From: a virus
Virus record (IMG/VR): IMGVR_UViG_3300045004_000088
Location: 64,001-128,000 of that record
DNA: 64,000 nucleotides
Direction: 5' to 3' (one strand)
Below the pieces are notes generated by a model that searched no databases, was not told where the DNA came from, and worked only from the letters and a program-made list of their open reading frames with translations. Positions 27,564-36,746 of the stretch are shown here, piece by piece. Made by a program: the position numbers and the translations under genes. The first letter of the stretch is position 1. The number at the start of each line of letters is the position of its first letter.

Positions 27564-27604
27564 GGTTCAAAGGCCCAATAATGTAGTTGGGTGATCCGTC
27601 ACTT

Positions 27605-27973
27605 TCAGTTATCCCCACCTTCGGAATCGCCGCCCATAGAATCGGCCGCGTTCGGAACGACCTCGTCGCGCCCGTTCATGTCACCCAGACCCTGTTCGGT
27701 TCCAAGTGAAGACCCCTTCAGGTTTTTCTTCAAGTCTTCGAGTGCCGACTTGATCTCCGAGTCCTGCTGACCGATCCGGTCCAGCAGGCCGATCATAATT
27801 TTCGGATGTTTGTGACAGGCGACCTTCGCGATCTGAACCAGTTTCTGTCTGGTGGCTTCGCGGTCGCTCTTGTCGTTGTCGTTGTCAGTAACCGTTTCAG
27901 CGTGTTCGCGGCGACGAACGTATTCCTTGAATGTTCTCACAGGTTCCTTGTTTTTGGCGGCGACTGCATACAT
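27605..27973 (-). CDS. hypothetical protein
   Basis: 122-aa ORF with an acidic C-terminus. Confidence 0.35.
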   Translation of the reverse strand: MYAVAAKNKEPVRTFKEYVRRREHAETVTDNDNDKSDREATRQKLVQIAKVACHKHPKIMIGLLDRIGQQDSEIKSALEDLKKNLKGSSLGTEQGLGDMNGRDEVVPNAADSMGGDSEGGDN

Positions 27974-28139
27974 ATCGGTATCTAGGACTCGTAATAGCAG
28001 ATTGATCTAGGCTATTTGCCAAGAGCAAATTCTTAAACGCACTCTATATACGAGAACGAGTCACACTTGGAATTGTGGCAGAGAATACTTCGTGCCGAAC
28101 AGGTAGGCACAACAAACCCAAGCACCGGAGTAACGAGGT

Positions 28140-29990
28140 ATGAAGAGAAAACTGATCAAGTACGACGCATTCCGCCACATCGAAAACGATTCGCTGTCGG
28201 CGGCTGAGGTCGAACTCGCAGAGGCACAGGAAGTATTGTCAACTGCTCTGGGTGTTGACGGTCTTAACCTACACTGCTTCGGTGAAACCGATGTAACATA
28301 CGAAACCCCAGACGGCGAGTTCGTCCACGCCAGCTATTCATTGAGCAAAGACAACTTGGTGTTCGAGAACATCGAGCAATTGGTGATCGATGACGAGAGC
28401 GAGAGGGGCGAAGCCCGCAAGATCCTGACCGACTTGGTCGAGAGCTTGTTCGAGGAAAACGAAGGCAAGGCCGCTGGTCTGTTCGACCGCTACATGGCTC
28501 TGCCTCACACCCGCAAGAACTTGAAGGAAGCGACGATGAGCGAGGGCAAGTTCGCCTTCGGCAAGTCGAACCCGTCCGGCAAGAAGGCGTGGAACAAGGG
28601 CAAGAAGGAAGATCCGGCGACGACCAAGAAGCGGATCAAGTCCGGCCTGTTCACCAAGAGCCACATGAGCGACTCCGAGAAGAAGTCCCACAAGAAGGCT
28701 TCCGAAGCATTCAAGAAGGGTACTGGTGGCAACCCACGCGCACGTCTCTACGCCCGCAAGGTGAAAAAGAGCAAGGTCAACGAGTGGAATACGCTCTCCG
28801 AGAACGTGTTGCAGTACGTCAAGTTCCAGCAGTTGGGCGGGGTGCTTCGTGAAACGAAGTTGCGTCACGACGAGAAGGGCAACGTGGTTGCCGTCGCAGT
28901 GCCGACCGCACAGGTTCGGAACGAGGGCAAACTGTTGAGCTTCAACTGGAAGGTTCTCGACCACGAGATCAAGTACAGCCGCAACGGTGCCAAGAACATT
29001 CAGAACGAGGCGGCATTCGCCCGTGCGATTTCGGACCTGAAGCGTTACAACGCGATCTCCGACAACGCCGGTCTTGAGACGACTTTGGAAAACATTGTCG
29101 CAGCTTGGCCGCAGCTTCTGTACCTGACCCACCAAGAGTTGAGCGAGCGTATCGCACAGGCGTTGGATACGGCCGGCGTTCAGAAGTACGACGACCAGAT
29201 GTGTGACTTCATGGCAGAGGGCATCCTCCGCATGGCTCACCACGCCTACACCGACCGCGCCGACAAGATCGTGAAGATCAGCCGGATGAAGGGCGAGGGC
29301 GACGACGCCTACTCCGCGTTCCGCAGTGTGGCCGACAAGTTCCTCCCGCAAGTGGACGAAGCCGAGAACGCCCAGTACCGCGTGTTCGCGGATCTCTACA
29401 AGGCGTTGAACGAGTTCTACGAAGTCGTTCAGAAAGAAGGCGACGAGGCCACGAAGCAGGAAGTGTTCGCCTACATGAAGGACTGCGAGAGCGTCCTGAA
29501 CCGTCAGGACGAGCCGGACTTGGATCTGGCCGAGAACATCGCGACGTTCCTCCAGTCGCTGGTCGAGACGAACATCGACGGCGAAGAGTGGAACGTCTCC
29601 AACAGCACACACATCAGCATCAACGGCGACCACCCGCGCATGGCTCAACTTGCCAGTTGGGGATACACGCCGTCGAAGGACTTCTCCGGTGACTGGGGTT
29701 CGGAGATGCCGGTTTCGGACGGTAAGAACCCGCGCAACGCGGCCGAAGTCGAGAAGATGAAAAACTCTTGGGCCAACATCGGTGGTAGCGATACCGCACC
29801 GGAGTTGAAGAACCCATACGTCCCGCAACCGTTCGGTGATTACAAGATCAAGGGCGAGAAGTTTGTGGGCGACGATGACGCGACCGGCGAATGGGGTAGC
29901 AAGGACACATGGCCGGGCCTTCAGAACCCGTATGTACCGGACTCGGTTCGTCCTCCGATGAAGAGTGACAACCTCGTTCAAGACAAGTGA
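28140..29990 (+). CDS. large K/E-rich head-module protein (position of T4 prohead core proteins gp67/gp68)
   Basis: 616 aa, immediately upstream of the gp21 homologue. The C-terminus has repeated NPYVP motifs. Function is inferred from position only. Confidence 0.4.
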   Translation: MKRKLIKYDAFRHIENDSLSAAEVELAEAQEVLSTALGVDGLNLHCFGETDVTYETPDGEFVHASYSLSKDNLVFENIEQLVIDDESERGEARKILTDLVESLFEENEGKAAGLFDRYMALPHTRKNLKEATMSEGKFAFGKSNPSGKKAWNKGKKEDPATTKKRIKSGLFTKSHMSDSEKKSHKKASEAFKKGTGGNPRARLYARKVKKSKVNEWNTLSENVLQYVKFQQLGGVLRETKLRHDEKGNVVAVAVPTAQVRNEGKLLSFNWKVLDHEIKYSRNGAKNIQNEAAFARAISDLKRYNAISDNAGLETTLENIVAAWPQLLYLTHQELSERIAQALDTAGVQKYDDQMCDFMAEGILRMAHHAYTDRADKIVKISRMKGEGDDAYSAFRSVADKFLPQVDEAENAQYRVFADLYKALNEFYEVVQKEGDEATKQEVFAYMKDCESVLNRQDEPDLDLAENIATFLQSLVETNIDGEEWNVSNSTHISINGDHPRMAQLASWGYTPSKDFSGDWGSEMPVSDGKNPRNAAEVEKMKNSWANIGGSDTAPELKNPYVPQPFGDYKIKGEKFVGDDDATGEWGSKDTWPGLQNPYVPDSVRPPMKSDNLVQDK

Positions 29991-30007
29991 CCCACTACAG
30001 GAGACTA

Positions 30008-30685
30008 ATGGAAGATCGCTTGCTGATCGACTGCTGCACCAACGGCCATCTCTTCACTCTTAACTTGAACGAGTCAACCACCCGCACGGGTGGGCTGACT
30101 CGCTTCAAGGGTAAGTTTCAGGAAGCCGACGCGGTCAACAAAAACAAAAGGTCGTATCCGTTCAGGGTGCTGGACGAGAACGTGAAGAAACTCGTTGAGT
30201 GTGTGAAGGCTCGCGGTCTTATTGGTGAGTTGGATCACCCGACCGACAGCATCATTCACTTCGAGAAGGCGTCCCACGTCATCACGAAGTTGTGGTGGGA
30301 AGGTAAAGTCCTCATGGGCGAGGGCGAGATCCTCAACACGCCCCACGGCAACATCCTCAGAAGCCTTATCAGTGACGGTGTTCGCATCGGCATTAGTAGT
30401 CGTGGTGTTGGCAACGGCACGGTAGACGAGAACGGCATCCTCGTTATTGGGGAGTCCTATAAGCTCATCACCTTCGACGCCGTCGCCGATCCGTCAACTT
30501 TTGCAGCCTTCCAAGAGAAGGTCGTCGGCAAAAGTGAGGCTTTTGAATATCAACCCGTGGAAACTGTTACGAAAAAGACAAGCAGCGGCATACATAACTC
30601 TACGATCAACAAAGACGCGCTGATCGCCTGCTTGGGCGGATTCGTCAGGCACCAGACTTCCAAGATTAGAGCGAGGTTAAACTAA
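30008..30685 (+). CDS. prohead core protease (T4 gp21-like)
   Basis: Direct similarity to T4 gp21. VNKNKRSYPFRVL parallels VNRNKRLYPKRIL. GELDHP parallels GELNHP. LWWEGKVLMGEGEI parallels MWWKGNDVYGRARV. GISSRGVGN parallels GVSSRGLGS. AGGAG precedes the ATG at 30008. Confidence 0.8.
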   Translation: MEDRLLIDCCTNGHLFTLNLNESTTRTGGLTRFKGKFQEADAVNKNKRSYPFRVLDENVKKLVECVKARGLIGELDHPTDSIIHFEKASHVITKLWWEGKVLMGEGEILNTPHGNILRSLISDGVRIGISSRGVGNGTVDENGILVIGESYKLITFDAVADPSTFAAFQEKVVGKSEAFEYQPVETVTKKTSSGIHNSTINKDALIACLGGFVRHQTSKIRARLN

Positions 30686-31602
30686 TGGACAGAATTCTTG
30701 AAGCACTTCGGAAGCTGCTCCCAGAGGATCAACTCAACGAAGTAGCAGGCGCGATCAAGGCCGAACTCGGAGCGGCTCGTAAGCAACTTGAGTCCGAATA
30801 CAACTCGAATTTGGAGAAGGCATACGAAGACCTTTCCGAAGAGTTGCAGACGGCTGAGAAGACGGCGTATGCCGGCTATCAGGAAGCATACGGCATCATC
30901 AACGAGCTTCGCAACCGTCTCGAAACGCAACGCGACGAGTTCAAGACGGCTCTGGACGAGGGCTTCGAGGAAGCCTACCAGATGTTGCTCGGCGAGCGTG
31001 AGAAGAACCGCAATCTCGAAATCGAGATGTACGAGGAATACGACAAGAAGCTCGCGGACGTGAAGGACTACATGGTCGAGAAGCTCGATCAGTTCCTCCA
31101 GTTCAAGGGCGCGGAGATCTACGAACAAGCCAAGCGTGACGTGTTGAAAGACCCGCGTATGGCAGAACACAAGGTTGCTCTGGACAAGATCGTTGAGATC
31201 GCCAGCAACTACATGTCGGACGAAGAGTACACATTCGCTACTTCCGCCAAGCTGGAAGAAACGCAGAAGTCTCTTGAGGAAGCACGCGGTCAGCTTCGCA
31301 TCATGGAAGCCCGCAACATCCGCCTCAGCACCGACAACACGAAACTGACGGAGCAAAACCGCCAAGCAGCTTCGGCACTGACCGAGAGCCGCAAGGTTGT
31401 TACCGAAAGTCGCCGCCGTGAGACGGCAAAGAATGAGAGAACTGAAAGAGTTGAACGTTCACGCAATGCGTCGGGGAGAGGCCAAACCCATACGGAAGAG
31501 GGCGTTGTGATCGCAGAATATGCGAACAACAGTAACTCTTCTGAAATCAACGAACTTCTTGTTCTGAGTGGTGTAACTCAGGGCGCGAAGAACGGCAAGT
31601 AA
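30685..31602 (+). CDS. prohead scaffolding protein (T4 gp22-like, coiled coil)
   Basis: 305 aa, E/K/L/A/R-rich with heptad-like character. It lies between the gp21-like and gp23-like genes. Confidence 0.55.
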   Translation: MDRILEALRKLLPEDQLNEVAGAIKAELGAARKQLESEYNSNLEKAYEDLSEELQTAEKTAYAGYQEAYGIINELRNRLETQRDEFKTALDEGFEEAYQMLLGEREKNRNLEIEMYEEYDKKLADVKDYMVEKLDQFLQFKGAEIYEQAKRDVLKDPRMAEHKVALDKIVEIASNYMSDEEYTFATSAKLEETQKSLEEARGQLRIMEARNIRLSTDNTKLTEQNRQAASALTESRKVVTESRRRETAKNERTERVERSRNASGRGQTHTEEGVVIAEYANNSNSSEINELLVLSGVTQGAKNGK

Positions 31603-31635
31603 CTTACCAACAACCCACCTGTTAACAGGAGTTAG

Positions 31636-33108
31636 ATGAACGCAAACGCAAAGTTCCTGAACGAAGCGCGGGAGTTGGAATCTCGTTGGGGTCGCACTGG
31701 ACTTCTCAATGGCATCGAGGACAGGTACGTCCGCTCTGCCACGGCAGTATTGCTTGAGAACCAAAGACTCATGAACGAGGTTTCGACCGACACCTCAGAC
31801 ATCGCTCAGTTCAAGAGAATCTCGATTCCGCTGGTACGCAGAATCTACCCGCAACTGATTGCCAACAAGATCGTGTCCGTGCAGCCGCTGCTCGGCCCGA
31901 CTGGTCTGGTGTACTACCTCCGCTTCCGCTACTCGTCCAACAAGGGCGCGATCCGTGGTGCGGACAACAACGGCGGCTTCCCCGGCGACGACGCCAACTC
32001 GCTGATGCAGCGGGCTGACGGTACGGCGAACCTCGACATATTTTTCACTCACCAGTTCGTTCAGAACGAGTCTACCTCGACTGACGCCGGTGCGGTGACA
32101 ACTGCGACCTACGCCCCGCTGGAACACACCCCGGTCCTCGCAGGCACCATGACGGGTACGGTCTACGTCGGCTCGACCGCCGTTCAGACCTACGTCGTGT
32201 CCTCGACTGGCGTGTTCACCTTCACGGCAATCGGCTCGCCGACCGTGTTCGCGAACACCACTGGTGGCACGGCCACTGGTACTGGCGTGGCTGGTACGAC
32301 CCTGAACGTCACCACGGGTGAAATGACGGTCGTATTCAACTCCGCTCCTTCGAGCAACCACCTCGTATTGTCATACGAGTATAACATGGAGTGCAACCAA
32401 GACCTCCCTGAGATCAACTTGGTGATCGAGTCGGAAGAGATCGCGGCGAAGACCCGCAAGCTCAAGGCCGTGTGGAGCTACGAAGCTCAACAAGACCTCC
32501 GCTCGCAGCACAACCTCGACGCGGAAGCGGAACTGACGGCGGTTCTGGCGCAAGAAATCAACCTTGAGATTGACCGCGAAGTTCTTACTGACCTTCGTAA
32601 CAACGCTGGTACAATCGCCGCGTGGGACTTCAACACCGCGCTTGGTGAAACGATCAAGGAAAAGTACGAATCTCTGTACGTCAAGATCGTTGAGATCTCG
32701 GCAGTCATCCACAGGAAAACCCTGCGTGGTGGTGCCAACTGGCTCGTGACCTCGCCAGAAGTGGCGTCGATCTTCGAGACGGCGACGGCAGGTTTCGCAC
32801 CGGCACCAAGTGAAACATTCACCTCGTCACTGGGTATCCAGTACGTTGGTACGGTCAACAACCGTTGGCGTTTGTACAAAGATCCGCTCTTTCCGACGAA
32901 TCAAATTTTGCTTGGGTACAAGGGAGATTCGTACATGGATTCGGGTTACTTCTACTGTCCATATGTACCCTTGACGCAGACCCCGGTCGTGTTGGACCCA
33001 GAGAGCTTCTGCCCGCGTAAGGGAATCCTCACACGTTATGGCAAGAAATTGCTCCGCGAAGGCTCAAAGTTCTACGGACGTATGAGCATCGCAAACTTCG
33101 TGATCTGA
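31636..33108 (+). CDS. major capsid protein (T4 gp23-like)
   Basis: EEIAAKTRKLKAVWSYEAQQDLRSQHNLDAEAELTAVLAQEINLEIDREV parallels T4 IEAKSRQLKAAYSIELAQDLRAVHGMDADAELSGILATEIMLEINREV. LGYKGDSYMDSGYFYCPYVPLT parallels VGYKGPNEMDAGIYYAPYVALT. Confidence 0.85.
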   Translation: MNANAKFLNEARELESRWGRTGLLNGIEDRYVRSATAVLLENQRLMNEVSTDTSDIAQFKRISIPLVRRIYPQLIANKIVSVQPLLGPTGLVYYLRFRYSSNKGAIRGADNNGGFPGDDANSLMQRADGTANLDIFFTHQFVQNESTSTDAGAVTTATYAPLEHTPVLAGTMTGTVYVGSTAVQTYVVSSTGVFTFTAIGSPTVFANTTGGTATGTGVAGTTLNVTTGEMTVVFNSAPSSNHLVLSYEYNMECNQDLPEINLVIESEEIAAKTRKLKAVWSYEAQQDLRSQHNLDAEAELTAVLAQEINLEIDREVLTDLRNNAGTIAAWDFNTALGETIKEKYESLYVKIVEISAVIHRKTLRGGANWLVTSPEVASIFETATAGFAPAPSETFTSSLGIQYVGTVNNRWRLYKDPLFPTNQILLGYKGDSYMDSGYFYCPYVPLTQTPVVLDPESFCPRKGILTRYGKKLLREGSKFYGRMSIANFVI

Positions 33109-33142
33109 TCACGGGTTCGGCGAACCAACAGCAACAAAAAGA

Positions 33143-33178
33143 AACCCCGGCCAAAAGCCGGGGTTTTCTGCGTTTTTG
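33143..33178 (+). terminator. rho-independent terminator after the capsid gene
   Basis: Stem aaaccccggc / gccggggttt with loop caaaa, followed by tctgcgtttttg. Confidence 0.65.
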
Positions 33179-33367
33179 CACTCACCTAGATCATGAATAA
33201 GCAAGACCGAATGGGAATTGCCGGCGGCATCTGTACGCTACTTTGGCTGTGGAACTGCCGGCAGATCAAAAAAATGGAAAACCCGAAGAGGCGTTGGGAG
33301 AAGATTTGTGCGTGGTTCTACCGCGACCCGCACGGATGGGTCGCACTCAACCGCCGCGTCGAACAGA

Positions 33368-33895
33368 TCACTTGTTCTTCCGCACCCACTCGTCCAGAGC
33401 TTCCCAGAACTTGTCCGGCTCCTCATAAGCCATCGCGTGCTTCAAGCGGTTGTACTCTTTCCAGTACCTCTTGTTGAACTTGCTCTCCTTCGTCTCCATG
33501 CCTGCCCATAGATCGACTTCTGGCTCGATCTTCGCAATAGGTGCCGGCCGTGGACGCGGCCGAGGCTTGGGTCGCGGCGGGGGAACGTTAGGGCCAATAG
33601 GATTGCCCCAGATGTCGTGCGTGGGCGGCGGGGCGTCTTTGATCCAACTGTCTGGATTGGGCTTTGGAGGGCTGTAGGTGGGCGTAGGAGCCGCAGATGG
33701 CCGGTGGCGGGGCTGGCGGTAGTTCGGGTCGGTCAACGCATCATACGCATCCTGAACCTCACAGAAACGACGTGCGGCGTCGGCATCGCCTGGATTGCGA
33801 TCCGGGTGAAACTCCTTTGCCTTCTTGCGGTATGCAGCCTTGATCTGTTCGGGTGTGGCGTTCGTTGCCACACCCAGTACGTCATGATGTCCCAT
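33368..33895 (-). CDS. DnaJ (J-domain) protein with Pro-rich linker
   Basis: ATG at 33895. HDVLGVATNATPEQIKAAYRKKAKEFHPDRNPGD...FCEVQDAYDAL is a canonical J domain with the HPD motif. It is followed by PPRPKPRPRPRPAP. Confidence 0.7.
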   Translation of the reverse strand: MGHHDVLGVATNATPEQIKAAYRKKAKEFHPDRNPGDADAARRFCEVQDAYDALTDPNYRQPRHRPSAAPTPTYSPPKPNPDSWIKDAPPPTHDIWGNPIGPNVPPPRPKPRPRPRPAPIAKIEPEVDLWAGMETKESKFNKRYWKEYNRLKHAMAYEEPDKFWEALDEWVRKNK

Positions 33896-33951
33896 ACGGT
33901 ATTTACACTGCCTAAAATGATAACCAGAAGAGTAAATAACTCGGAGGTAAC

Positions 33952-34137
33952 ATGAGCAAGAAATCACACAAAGAGATCGAAAAAGAAGAGGAACGCACCG
34001 GCATCGACCTCGACGGCGACGGCGAGAAGGGCGAGTCCAAAGAACACAAAGATAAGATCGAGAAGGCCCGTCTCAAGAAATTCAAGGAGTGGCTTGTCGA
34101 AACGCACCCCGAAGAAGCGGAAAAAGCACAAGCGTAA
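33952..34137 (+). CDS. small K/E-rich protein
   Basis: GGAGG precedes the ATG. The 61-aa product is highly charged. Confidence 0.3.
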   Translation: MSKKSHKEIEKEEERTGIDLDGDGEKGESKEHKDKIEKARLKKFKEWLVETHPEEAEKAQA

Positions 34138-34444
34138 GAAGACGAAGTTCCAACTGACTCTCGAATCGCTCGGCTTCAACACCTACACCGCGTACCTCAG
34201 ATCCGACCACTGGACGGATTTCAAGAAGAAGTATTTCGACAAGCACGAAAAGGTCTGCTTCTGTTGTGGTGAAGACGCACGCGACCTTCACCACACGACC
34301 TACGAACACCTCGGAAGCGAACTTCAAAAAGACGTGAAGCCCCTCTGTCGGAAGTGCCACAAGAAGGTCCACCGGATGGTGAAGAGACGCCGCGCCCTGC
34401 TCGGCGAAGCTCACGAAGTCCTGAAAGCCACTTCCAAACGCTGA
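34094..34444 (+). CDS. HNH endonuclease
   Basis: CFCCGEDARDLHHTTYEHLGSELQKDVKPLCRKCHKKVH is an HNH motif (C-x2-C...HH...N...C-x2-C-H...H). A TTG start at 34094 sits 4 nt after AAGGAG. Confidence 0.6.
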   Translation: MSKRTPKKRKKHKRKKTKFQLTLESLGFNTYTAYLRSDHWTDFKKKYFDKHEKVCFCCGEDARDLHHTTYEHLGSELQKDVKPLCRKCHKKVHRMVKRRRALLGEAHEVLKATSKR

Positions 34445-34491
34445 AATCATCTGTGCTGGATAGATACCCACAAACACCTCAGTGGGGAACC

Positions 34492-35259
34492 ATGCACAAA
34501 ATCAAGCGATACGGTTGGAAACGCGGACTCCCGAAATACGGCGTTCCGAGGTTTGAAGCCCCGATGACCGCCGGGCCGCTCCCCAAGTACGTTGATCTCA
34601 CGTCCCAAATGCCCCCGGTCTACGACCAGGGCGAACTCGGCTCATGCACGGCCAACGCCGCTGCCGCCCTCGCCCAGTTCCTGAACATGAGGGAAGGTTA
34701 CAAGCCCTACACCCCGTCGCGGCTCGCCATCTACTACTGGGAACGAGTCATCGAGCGGACGGTTCACGAAGACGCTGGAGCCTCGCTCACGTCGGCCGCA
34801 CACGTTCTCGCTACCAACGGCGCACCCAACGAAACACTCTGGCCGTACAAGATCGACAAGTTCGCCGTCGCGCCGCCTGAGAGCGTGGTAGCGAACGGCA
34901 AGCAGCACATCGTCACCAAGCCGCTCAAGGTCAAGCAGAACATGGACGACATCCGGGCGTGTCTCGCGGCCGGATACCCAATCATGTTCGGCTTCGTCGT
35001 CTACGACTCGTTCGAGAGCGAAGAGGTCGGCAAGACCGGATTGTTGTCAATGCCCAGAGACGGGGAACAACTACTGGGTGGTCACGCCGTCGTCGCGGTC
35101 GGGTACGATGACACCACCAAACTCATCAAGGTACGCAACTCGTGGGGACCGAAATGGGGATGGAAAGGACACTTCAAGATGCCCTATTCCTACGTCCAAG
35201 ACCCCGATCTTACAGACGACCTGTGGACCGCACATTACATCACCGGCTTCAAAGGATGA
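34492..35259 (+). CDS. papain-like cysteine peptidase (C1 family)
   Basis: QGELGSCTANAAAA carries the catalytic Cys in a QGxCGSCWAF-like block. GGHAVVAVGYDD carries His. NSWGPKWGWKGHF carries Asn in the NSWG..WG..GY block. ATG at 34492. Confidence 0.75.
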   Translation: MHKIKRYGWKRGLPKYGVPRFEAPMTAGPLPKYVDLTSQMPPVYDQGELGSCTANAAAALAQFLNMREGYKPYTPSRLAIYYWERVIERTVHEDAGASLTSAAHVLATNGAPNETLWPYKIDKFAVAPPESVVANGKQHIVTKPLKVKQNMDDIRACLAAGYPIMFGFVVYDSFESEEVGKTGLLSMPRDGEQLLGGHAVVAVGYDDTTKLIKVRNSWGPKWGWKGHFKMPYSYVQDPDLTDDLWTAHYITGFKG

Positions 35260-35277
35260 AACCTACAACGGTGTAAG

Positions 35278-35306
35278 AAAAACCCGGCAAATCGCCGGGT
35301 TTTTTC
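35278..35306 (+). terminator. rho-independent terminator
   Basis: Stem acccggc / gccgggt with loop aaatc, followed by tttttc. Confidence 0.65.
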
Positions 35307-35340
35307 GCTTACTCACACTCAGGTAAAAGAAATTGCCGAA

Positions 35341-35360
35341 ACTTGCAAATTTTTGCAAGT
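35341..35360. promoter_or_regulatory. near-perfect 20-bp palindrome (candidate operator) adjacent to a TATATAAAA box
   Basis: acttgcaaat|ttttgcaagt with 9/10 arm match, immediately followed by cctatataaaacaggaggATG of the T5orf172-MerR gene. Confidence 0.45.
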
Positions 35361-35387
35361 TCAAGCCTATATAAAACAGGAGGATGG

Positions 35388-36131
35388 ATGCCATACGTTT
35401 ACTTCGCTCAGGAGCCATACGATAAGGCCATCAAGATTGGAATTTCACATAACGTGAGAAAACGAATAGCCCAACTTGAGAACAGCATGCCGCACAACTT
35501 GCAGATAATAGGAATGATGTCTGGCGATTTTGCCAAAGAGCAAGAGTTGCACATGATGTTCGAGCCGTATCGAATCAAAGGAGAATGGTTCAAACCCGAC
35601 AAAGCAATCTTGGACTATATCGAGAATAATGCCAGGATCACTGAAGTCCCGATGGATCTAAAAGAAGAAGTCAAGGAGATTGCCAAGAAGTCCAGAAAGC
35701 AAACGCCAGCGGTTAAGGAGTGCCGGAAGTTACTGGAGCTTGCGAACTATCGCGCAGAAGAGGCACAAGCCGAACGAGTAATGACCATCGATCAGGTGGC
35801 ACAACTCTTAGGTGTGACGACCGCGACTTTGCGAAACTGGGACAAAAACGGCAAACTCAAAGCTTTGAGAACCGAGGGCAAACACAGACGATACAAAGAA
35901 TCGGATGTGACCGCCATCAGGAAGCAGATGATGACGGGAGCGGAGTTCATGATTCAAGGTACGACACCGAGAACTTTGAAAGAAGAACTTGAAAAGATGT
36001 TGGCACAGTTTCAGCCTGAAGATTCGATCACACTTTCCATTCGCCACGACGCGCTGATGGACAAAGTAAGGATCACAATCGATTCGGCCGACAGACTGTC
36101 CTCGACAACAAGAAGTTTTGGAATCAGATAA
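35388..36131 (+). CDS. T5orf172 (GIY-YIG-like) domain protein fused to a MerR-type HTH
   Basis: N-terminal YVYFAQE...IKIGISHNVRKRIAQL...GEWF matches the T5orf172/Mug113 domain pattern. The central MTIDQVAQLLGVTTATLRNWDKNGKLKALRTEGKHRRY is a MerR-family HTH. AGGAGG precedes the ATG. Confidence 0.55.
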   Translation: MPYVYFAQEPYDKAIKIGISHNVRKRIAQLENSMPHNLQIIGMMSGDFAKEQELHMMFEPYRIKGEWFKPDKAILDYIENNARITEVPMDLKEEVKEIAKKSRKQTPAVKECRKLLELANYRAEEAQAERVMTIDQVAQLLGVTTATLRNWDKNGKLKALRTEGKHRRYKESDVTAIRKQMMTGAEFMIQGTTPRTLKEELEKMLAQFQPEDSITLSIRHDALMDKVRITIDSADRLSSTTRSFGIR

Positions 36132-36162
36132 CAACCTCGGCGGTTTGCCGAAAGGATGAGAC

Positions 36163-36549
36163 GTGAAAAACAACCTGTGGCTCAAGAAGGTGAAGAGGAC
36201 TACCAAAGTCAGCTTCCGAAATCCCGTAGCCGAAACGACCAGTTCGCTCGAAGTCGAGATCGAGAAGTACAACATGACCCACAACGAAAAGCTCGCGGCG
36301 GTCGTCCAGGCCGCGCTCAAGCACTTCGCTGCGGAGATCAACGAACTGTTCCACCCGTCATGCGACATGACCCAATTGGAACGACGCAAAGCATTGGTCG
36401 CAAACGCGGAAGCCAAACAGGGCAAGCCGCTGTCCGAGCCAGTGATCGAAGACAAATTCGTGCGGTTGGCCGTCGAAGGCACCTGTTGGATTCCGATCCA
36501 CAGCTACAGCAGCCGCACCGGGATCTGCGAGAAAGTGAGCCTGAAATGA
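36163..36549 (+). CDS. hypothetical protein
   Basis: 128-aa ORF, possibly with a GTG start. No motif recognised. Confidence 0.3.
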   Translation: MKNNLWLKKVKRTTKVSFRNPVAETTSSLEVEIEKYNMTHNEKLAAVVQAALKHFAAEINELFHPSCDMTQLERRKALVANAEAKQGKPLSEPVIEDKFVRLAVEGTCWIPIHSYSSRTGICEKVSLK

Positions 36550-36746
36550 AAGAAAGCACTTTGAAAACGCACTTCAAGGAAAAGAAAACCCTTGAACGAA
36601 TGATCGAAAGGTTCGGGAAAGCGGAAACAGCCAAGCGGTTGGCTTGGCTGCATGATTGCGATGAACGAAAGGTTGGGTCGTTAGTAAAGCAATTCTTGGC
36701 CGGGGATCAGCCGAAAAGCGGTTTCCAGCCGGCGGGCCAGCGGTAA
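36546..36746 (+). CDS. hypothetical small protein
   Basis: MKESTLKTHFKEKK..., about 66 aa. The end overlaps the convergent GT2 gene. Confidence 0.25.
   Translation: MKESTLKTHFKEKKTLERMIERFGKAETAKRLAWLHDCDERKVGSLVKQFLAGDQPKSGFQPAGQR

Noticed and set aside
28338-29981. 547-aa ORF on the minus strand
   Set aside because: It is fully antisense to the 616-aa + strand gene that sits in a co-linear + strand head module. The product is R/L/V/G/H-rich with no motifs and is typical of GC-rich antisense shadows.
33952-34444. Possible programmed +1 frameshift joining the K/E-rich small ORF to the HNH ORF
   Set aside because: The HNH frame has its own TTG start 4 nt downstream of an AAGGAG Shine-Dalgarno sequence, so an independent start is the simpler reading. 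No slippery heptamer is evident.
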